A DNA stretch of 64,000 bases, filler included, from Sanchytrium tribonematis (lineage: Eukaryota), in NCBI GenBank assembly GCA_018985235.1. It is 23 parts of 23 records of this genome, joined end to end, with 100 filler letters (N's around TTAATTAATTAA, not from the genome) between each part and the next. Parts side by side here need not be neighbours in the genome. Positions count along the whole stretch, not along the records: positions 58,067 to 59,986 come from JADGIG010001164.1; positions 60,087 to 62,005 come from JADGIG010001165.1; positions 62,106 to 64,000 come from JADGIG010001174.1; 20 more parts are not named here. One strand, written 5' to 3'. A program made the translations under genes and the position numbers. This document shows positions 58,067-64,000 of the stretch, piece by piece (the stretch's first letter is position 1; the number at the start of each line of letters is the position of its first letter). The notes beneath the pieces are model-generated. The model made no database searches. It was not told where the DNA came from and worked only from the letters and a program-made list of their open reading frames with translations.

Positions 58067-59986
58067 CGAACCATTTGGAAAATTAGATGGAGCACCAATA
58101 AGAATTTTGAGATGACGTCGTAAGACAACTTGAATTTTTTCTAAATCTGTGGCACTGTATTTTACATTCTGGAATCCAAAGTCGATAATTGGGAGTATAT
58201 GTGAAGTCAATAAAACTCCAATAACATCATATGGAAGCCCATATTTAAATACTCCATAGTTCGTCAATTCTCGGAATTTTAAATGCAAAGATTTGATTTT
58301 TTTCGTCAAACAAGTCTTTTTATGTATACCAGCAACTGTGATGTAATAACCCAAGTAGTGGCAGGGTTCTGAGGTGGTAGGAATGCCCATTATACTGGTA
58401 ATGCGTGTCCCATTCTTCACTAGAATCGTGCTTTTATCAAAATTTAATTTCAAACCAATTTCCTCCAAATGATCAATTATCTGTCTCAGACACTGGATCA
58501 AATCTCTTTTATTGGTGCTAATAAGTGCCATATCATCGGCATAAAATAGTAGAAACGTCGTCCTGCTGTTTTGAAGATCATAAATAAATGTCAAACATAA
58601 ATTAAATAAAACTGGGGAAATTGAAGATCCTTGCGGTATTCCGCTGGTTGAGCGAATACCGCGCGATGTTTTGCTGAGTAGTTTCAACGACTGCGTGGTG
58701 CAGCGAATCAAATTGCATAACAATCTTGCAAAATATCTGTTAAAATTTTGGAATAAGATTTTAAGTGATTTGCGATTCAGATTATCGTAGGCTTTGGAAA
58801 TATCTAGTAGACCTATAAATTTGATGTTGTTATTTTGGATGATAGATTCAAAAGTAAAGAGACAGTCGTGAATGCTTCTGTTTTTTGTGAAGCCGAATTG
58901 ATTTGCTGGTAGTTGAATGTTTGTAACTGACAGAATGTAAGATTCAACCAATTTTCGTATTGAATTGAGAAGACTAATCCCTCTAAAATCTGTCCTCAAG
59001 TTATTTGCGACGGATTTCTTTGGAATTGCAATCATTGTTGAAAGTCCCAGTTGCTCCACAAATCATTTTATGTATCAGATTATATAATAGGGTGCGGAAA
59101 AGAGTGCTCGAGTAAATAAGGGCCTCATTAGGTAATCGCAGTAGGCTTTATATCGTGGCAAGTTATTGATTACATTATTGAAAACCTCCAAGTCTAAGTG
59201 GGGAATTGCTCCCGAATGTCGCTCAAATTGCTCACTGATATCATCTAGACTTATATGTTTTCAACTGTCAATGTGGAAACCATTTTATATTTTCCACAAT
59301 TCAGTTTCTTGCCAATATACTTCAGTTGATCTGATTCAGACATTTGTTTGATATTTTCTATGTTCTGTCGGATATTCTCGAATTTATTTTGTTTCTGAAG
59401 CGTGGAAAATTCAATAAAGTCCATACTGTGAATCTGATAAGCATGAAATATTGGTGGCAACTTCATGTGGTTGATAGCGCGGTTATTTTTTTTCGATACT
59501 GTCTCATTTAGTGCCTTTTGAATGATTTTAGTCAAGCACTTTACTGCATTTCCAAATTGTGGGGCTGTTTCAATTTGGTCAATTTTGTTCATGAGTTGCG
59601 AATTATCAATAAAATGGTCCAATTTGGATTGATACCGTGTTCTAGTGTCCTCGCATTTAATCAAATTAACCGTTTTCCATTGTTTCTCCTCAATAAAGGT
59701 TGAATTTTGTGGAATTTGAAAATCGCATTCCAGAATAGAATGATCCGAAAACCTTCCCTCAACATCTAGAACATCAACAGAGTCCACTTGGTCAACAATT
59801 TCATTGGGACAAACCAAATGATCGATATTTGAAGGTCGGAAGGTGGCCTGTGGAGGATGATAAGTGACATTATTGGATTTGATAAACGGAACTAGACCCA
59901 ATTCATCCACAACGTGTTCTTTCACGTGTCTATCTTGACTATTACGAGGCATGATAAGATCTGCATTAAAATCTCCAAATAGGAAG
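58067..59986 (-). mobile_element. Decayed LINE (APE + RT), frameshifted
   Basis: GDFNAD, SNIDH, SDHSIL; RGISLL, QFGF, LDISKAYD, GIPQGSSISP, YADD; breaks near 59060-59250. Confidence 0.9.
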
Positions 59987-60086
59987 NNNNNNNNNNNNNN
60001 NNNNNNNNNNNNNNNNNNNNNNNNNNNNNNTTAATTAATTAANNNNNNNNNNNNNNNNNNNNNNNNNNNNNNNNNNNNNNNNNNNN

Positions 60087-60756
60087 AATTACAGATTCAA
60101 TTTTGCGTCGAACAAATCCAATTCATAAAATTGAATATCTCAAAATCACTGAGCCATTTAATGTAAAATATCAAATTGCATTCAATGATTTAGAGAGTTT
60201 AAAAGAAGTTTATAAAATCAGAAAATTAGAACAAGTGGATATTCCATTGATTCATGCGCTAAATGATGCCACTGATTTACAAGATCCAGCTTTAAAATTG
60301 AAATTAAATGAGTTGAAAAATACAGCCAATCTATTAAATCTAGAATATATCCAACGTATTCAAGAAATACCAACCTTGTCGTATGAAGAAATGAAAAGTG
60401 ACATCAATGAGAATCGTAAAGAACGAGATAAAAGTAAAGCTCAAAATGATTTGGATTTAAAGACATTTCGACAATTTGGTTCATATGCAGAAGTTACAAA
60501 GAAAATTGAATTTGATTATTATCGTAAGCCAACTCCACTCGCATCCAATACAAGACAATCAATGGATGCAATGCGTAGAGAGATACATACAGTCACCATT
60601 CCTAAAGTTGAAATAGATACTGGGTTTACAGATGCTGGGTTTACAGATACAAGCATTAAATTGCCAACAATTCCAGAATTATCAGAATTAGAATCAGGTT
60701 CTACAACCAGCCATGAAGTAGGAGAAGCAAAACCTGCAGATCACCCTATAAAATAG
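60087..60756 (+). CDS. Hypothetical helical protein, 5'-partial
   Basis: Long open frame followed by AATAAA. Confidence 0.55.
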
Positions 60757-60981
60757 ACAATAAATAGATGGTACAATAATATTTTTACGTTGATTACATT
60801 GAAAAGAAACTTGAAAACCAGGACAACTGATTATTAAAAATTACAAATGATCTTCGTAAATGTCATTGACAATTGGGGATATCTTTTGCTTGTCAGACAT
60901 TTTCAGATATTTGCATATGCTGTGATTTGTTCACAGATTCACAGGGATAAACAGCCACTATAAAAATACAAACATCCCCAA

Positions 60982-61818
60982 ATGTACAACAACATGATCT
61001 ACTTGATACTCGTATTTGCAATGCCACTCATGAAGTTGATTAGAGGCAAGAAATCGACAACTCCAAAAAAAACATTATCAGCATTAATATTAGAATTGGT
61101 GGATTTGGTAAAACAAAAGCCGATGCCAACATTAGAATTGAATGCTATTAAAATGCAAATTATTACGATTGAGGGAGATAGAAGCAAATTATATGCAATT
61201 GACGCGAATGATCAAAAACTGGGAGATGCTTTAGAACACTTGAGTGCTTTTCAAAAAAAGACATTAATATCCATGTTGACTCGTACGGAGCAACATCAAT
61301 TGAATGAAATAGAATTGTCTTTCAATGCAAATTTGGAATTCTTTAAACTGGAATTATTAGAAACAATGATCCATAATCCGTCTAATATCCAAGAATATGA
61401 ATCCAGAATCACCAAATTATATCAAGATAGATCAAGAATTTTAAATTGCGTTATTAGAGGTCAAAAATATATATTAGGAGACCATTCAACGAATCGACAA
61501 AATTGGGTATTAAATCAACAAAAGTTGTCTAAATTAAGAAAATCCGCAGATGGGAATATTCGAGAAGCTTTTGATAATGCACTCAATAACATACAATTAT
61601 CTGGTGAAGCCGCTAATGCAGTTGCAACAACTGACACTGCATCACTTGAGATGGACCCAAAAAAATTTAAAGAAATCCAATATCTCAAAGATCCTTTTAA
61701 GTTTGACTCAACAGTAACCTCCCTCGCGTCTTCATCAGATGAATTTACATTAGATACAATTAAAGGATCTGAGAGCCCTACACCCAAAATGGAGTCCGGT
61801 AGACCACATCTAGTTTAA
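60982..61818 (+). CDS. Hypothetical secreted helical protein
   Basis: Short signal MIYLILVFA; upstream TATAAAA; AATAAA after the stop. Confidence 0.65.
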   Translation: MYNNMIYLILVFAMPLMKLIRGKKSTTPKKTLSALILELVDLVKQKPMPTLELNAIKMQIITIEGDRSKLYAIDANDQKLGDALEHLSAFQKKTLISMLTRTEQHQLNEIELSFNANLEFFKLELLETMIHNPSNIQEYESRITKLYQDRSRILNCVIRGQKYILGDHSTNRQNWVLNQQKLSKLRKSADGNIREAFDNALNNIQLSGEAANAVATTDTASLEMDPKKFKEIQYLKDPFKFDSTVTSLASSSDEFTLDTIKGSESPTPKMESGRPHLV

Positions 61819-62105
61819 GAGAATAAATAGAAATACAAACAATTATAATTTGAAATGATTATTATTCTACTGTCCATGATGGCGTCTAAAACCATTTAAA
61901 AATAGGTCAATTCGATCGTCGATTTGAATTTTTGTTACATCAGGAATTAGGTATCGATCTTGTCTGATAATTAATCATCAGAAACAATCATTGGATCAAT
62001 TAAATNNNNNNNNNNNNNNNNNNNNNNNNNNNNNNNNNNNNNNNNNNNNTTAATTAATTAANNNNNNNNNNNNNNNNNNNNNNNNNNNNNNNNNNNNNNN
62101 NNNNN

Positions 62106-63200
62106 GATTAAATCGCCATAAGTTTTGCGAATGACATCGTCAGTGTTTGCGTTGGCAATTTTCTCTCTGATAGACATATAATCATGAGATTCCGTCAGGT
62201 GACTCTTTTGATGCTCAATTCTAGCAAGTTGTTCTCTTAAAACATCGTAATTAGAGTGAACCCAGAATTTTGAGGCTAAAGTGTCATGAATGAATAGTTT
62301 ATCCGTAAATTCCGGATTGCTATCGAGCTGCAATCTTTTAATGATTCTGTTTGCTGCATCTACTGATTCAAAATAATCATCAGCTACGTGGCCACTAAAT
62401 TCAAGCTTCTTTAGATGTGCTAATTTATCTTCCAAAGACATGTCAAATGATTTTACTTGATTTGGTTTGCCATTGGGAGTATTAAAATACCTATTGACAC
62501 TGACCAAATCACGGACATGAGCCAATTTTGCTGAAAAATCGGGATATTTAATCAAATCAGATAACTTATCCACTGCATCAAAAGTCGTGACGAATGATCC
62601 AGAAATTTCTCCTTTCAAACTCATACGATATTCTAATCCTTTTAATAAAATTAGTTTATCTTCTAATGTTGGATGATCCACTTTATATTCCAATTTTTGA
62701 TTTCTCTCTGCTTTATCGTAAAGACTGTCAATGCTCTCCAAATCATTATCATTTTGTTTAGATATAGCTAAAATATAAGCTTCTCTCAAATTTCCTCCAG
62801 CTGCATTGATATCACCACCTAACGATCTAATGGCATTCATGTATTTGGTATTTGAGTCCGCCAAAATGCTAGACAATTCATTGTGAAATGTCATACTTTT
62901 CAAATCACCATTTTCGAATGCACTTTGAATTGCTTCTTTCAATTTTGGATCGACTGCAGGAAACAACACATCTGACAAAATGGCATCTTGTAATACTGGA
63001 ATGTTTGCTTGAATGGAATCCAATATATGCGATAGCTGTTTTTTGTTGTTAACATTCAATAAGTTGTTCAATCCAGAGTCAGAAATGTCATATTTAATGC
63101 AAAATTCATTAATTTTTTGGTAATTTTGTAAATCCACTTCATCTGATGGTTCATCGTGTCCAGGACTTGCAAATAATGTAAAGATTAGTAGTAAATTCAT
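62106..63200 (-). CDS. Hypothetical secreted protein with internal repeats, 3'-partial
   Basis: Signal MNLLLIFTLFA; repeat (T/S)LEDKL..LK.LE...DA.....P.F..KL. Confidence 0.65.
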
Positions 63201-63337
63201 CTTGTAATGATGTAAGAAAGCATCTGTTTTAAAAGACTCTCAGCCAATAACAGGCTTTGCAACCAATCAATTACTCTGAAAATATCCAAGATTCCTATGC
63301 ACGGACTGTGACGAGATGCGTGACAATAGAACATAAT

Positions 63338-63988
63338 TTATTTAAAATTGAGTGGCTCTTCTTCATTAGATCCATCTTCTTTATGTGGATAAATATGAAA
63401 CAAAGCAATTTGAATAATTGCCAAAAACACCCCCAATCCATTAGGGATAATCTGATAATAATCTTGTATAGCCACGCCATAACTACTCCATAATAATCCA
63501 TTAATCAATTGCATTTGACTCAATTTGATATTTAATCCTTGACTTGATTTTGTAGTCATAATTCGATAAAATAAACTCAATGGGGAAGAATACATGCCAA
63601 TTAAGAATATTTGACACATGATACCAATAACATTGATATTATTCATTAAAAATCCATAGCAAGATGTAAAGAATAGAAATCCAATACCAGACATTAAAAT
63701 GAAATTTAATTGTTTGAAATTTGGAGATAATTTGAAGCAGACACTTAAATAGAATGCACCAATGACTAATCCCACCCCATTTGGGAGTAATACAAAGATA
63801 TTTTTAGTGATTAAACCATATTGGAACCATGACCACCCATTTAAAAACATGACGATTAATGGGATTGGATTTGTGAGCATTTCATTGGCATTCAGAGATT
63901 CCATCATGCTTGGATATGGTGAGAAATTAAGTAGAATGGCGATGATGACTCCGAAAGAGGGGATAATTTGTTCAGTGAGTAGATTCAT
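63338..63988 (-). CDS. SWEET (MtN3/saliva) sugar transporter
   Basis: Two MtN3 repeats: FSP, W.QYG, PNGVG; YSSPL, TKSS, LWSSYG, IIPNGLG. Confidence 0.92.
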   Translation of the reverse strand: MNLLTEQIIPSFGVIIAILLNFSPYPSMMESLNANEMLTNPIPLIVMFLNGWSWFQYGLITKNIFVLLPNGVGLVIGAFYLSVCFKLSPNFKQLNFILMSGIGFLFFTSCYGFLMNNINVIGIMCQIFLIGMYSSPLSLFYRIMTTKSSQGLNIKLSQMQLINGLLWSSYGVAIQDYYQIIPNGLGVFLAIIQIALFHIYPHKEDGSNEEEPLNFK

Positions 63989-64000
63989 TTGGTCTGTTTC

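Noticed and set aside
2009..62105. Recurrent TTAATTAATTAA between N-runs as a biological repeat, and gene clustering across it
   Set aside because: Artificial six-frame-stop linker; neighbours across it are unlinked and ORF tails such as XXXLIN are artefacts.

Overview
This window is not one locus. It is about 23 eukaryotic contigs (mostly about 2 kb, plus one of 18.5 kb at 6318-24791) joined by artificial 100-nt linkers (N-run, TTAATTAATTAA, N-run), so adjacency across linkers means nothing. The gene content points to an AT-rich, very compact, early-diverging (zoosporic-type) fungus using the standard code. Supporting genes are a myosin-motor-type chitin synthase, a CBM18 chitin deacetylase, centrin, Arp2/3 subunits, the WAVE subunit CYFIP, a SWEET transporter, RPB1, SF3B1, delta-COP, UBR1, DIS3 and UBC9. 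There is also the 3' end of the LSU rRNA with its repetitive spacer, two Ty3/gypsy fragments, three LINE fragments and a tyrosine-recombinase-like fragment. The main discovery is a uniform class of ultra-short spliceosomal introns. Eight GT-AG introns of exactly 19 or 20 nt, all ending TWATKTAG and none with the usual +5 G, each repair the frame of a recognisable protein. The same window holds a shortened SF3B1 that diverges at splice-site-selection positions. Splicing one intron uncovers a hidden LRR-TM-LIM receptor-like architecture. UBR1 appears to lack its UBR box. All calls come from reading the sequence and from remembered family motifs; no searches were run.
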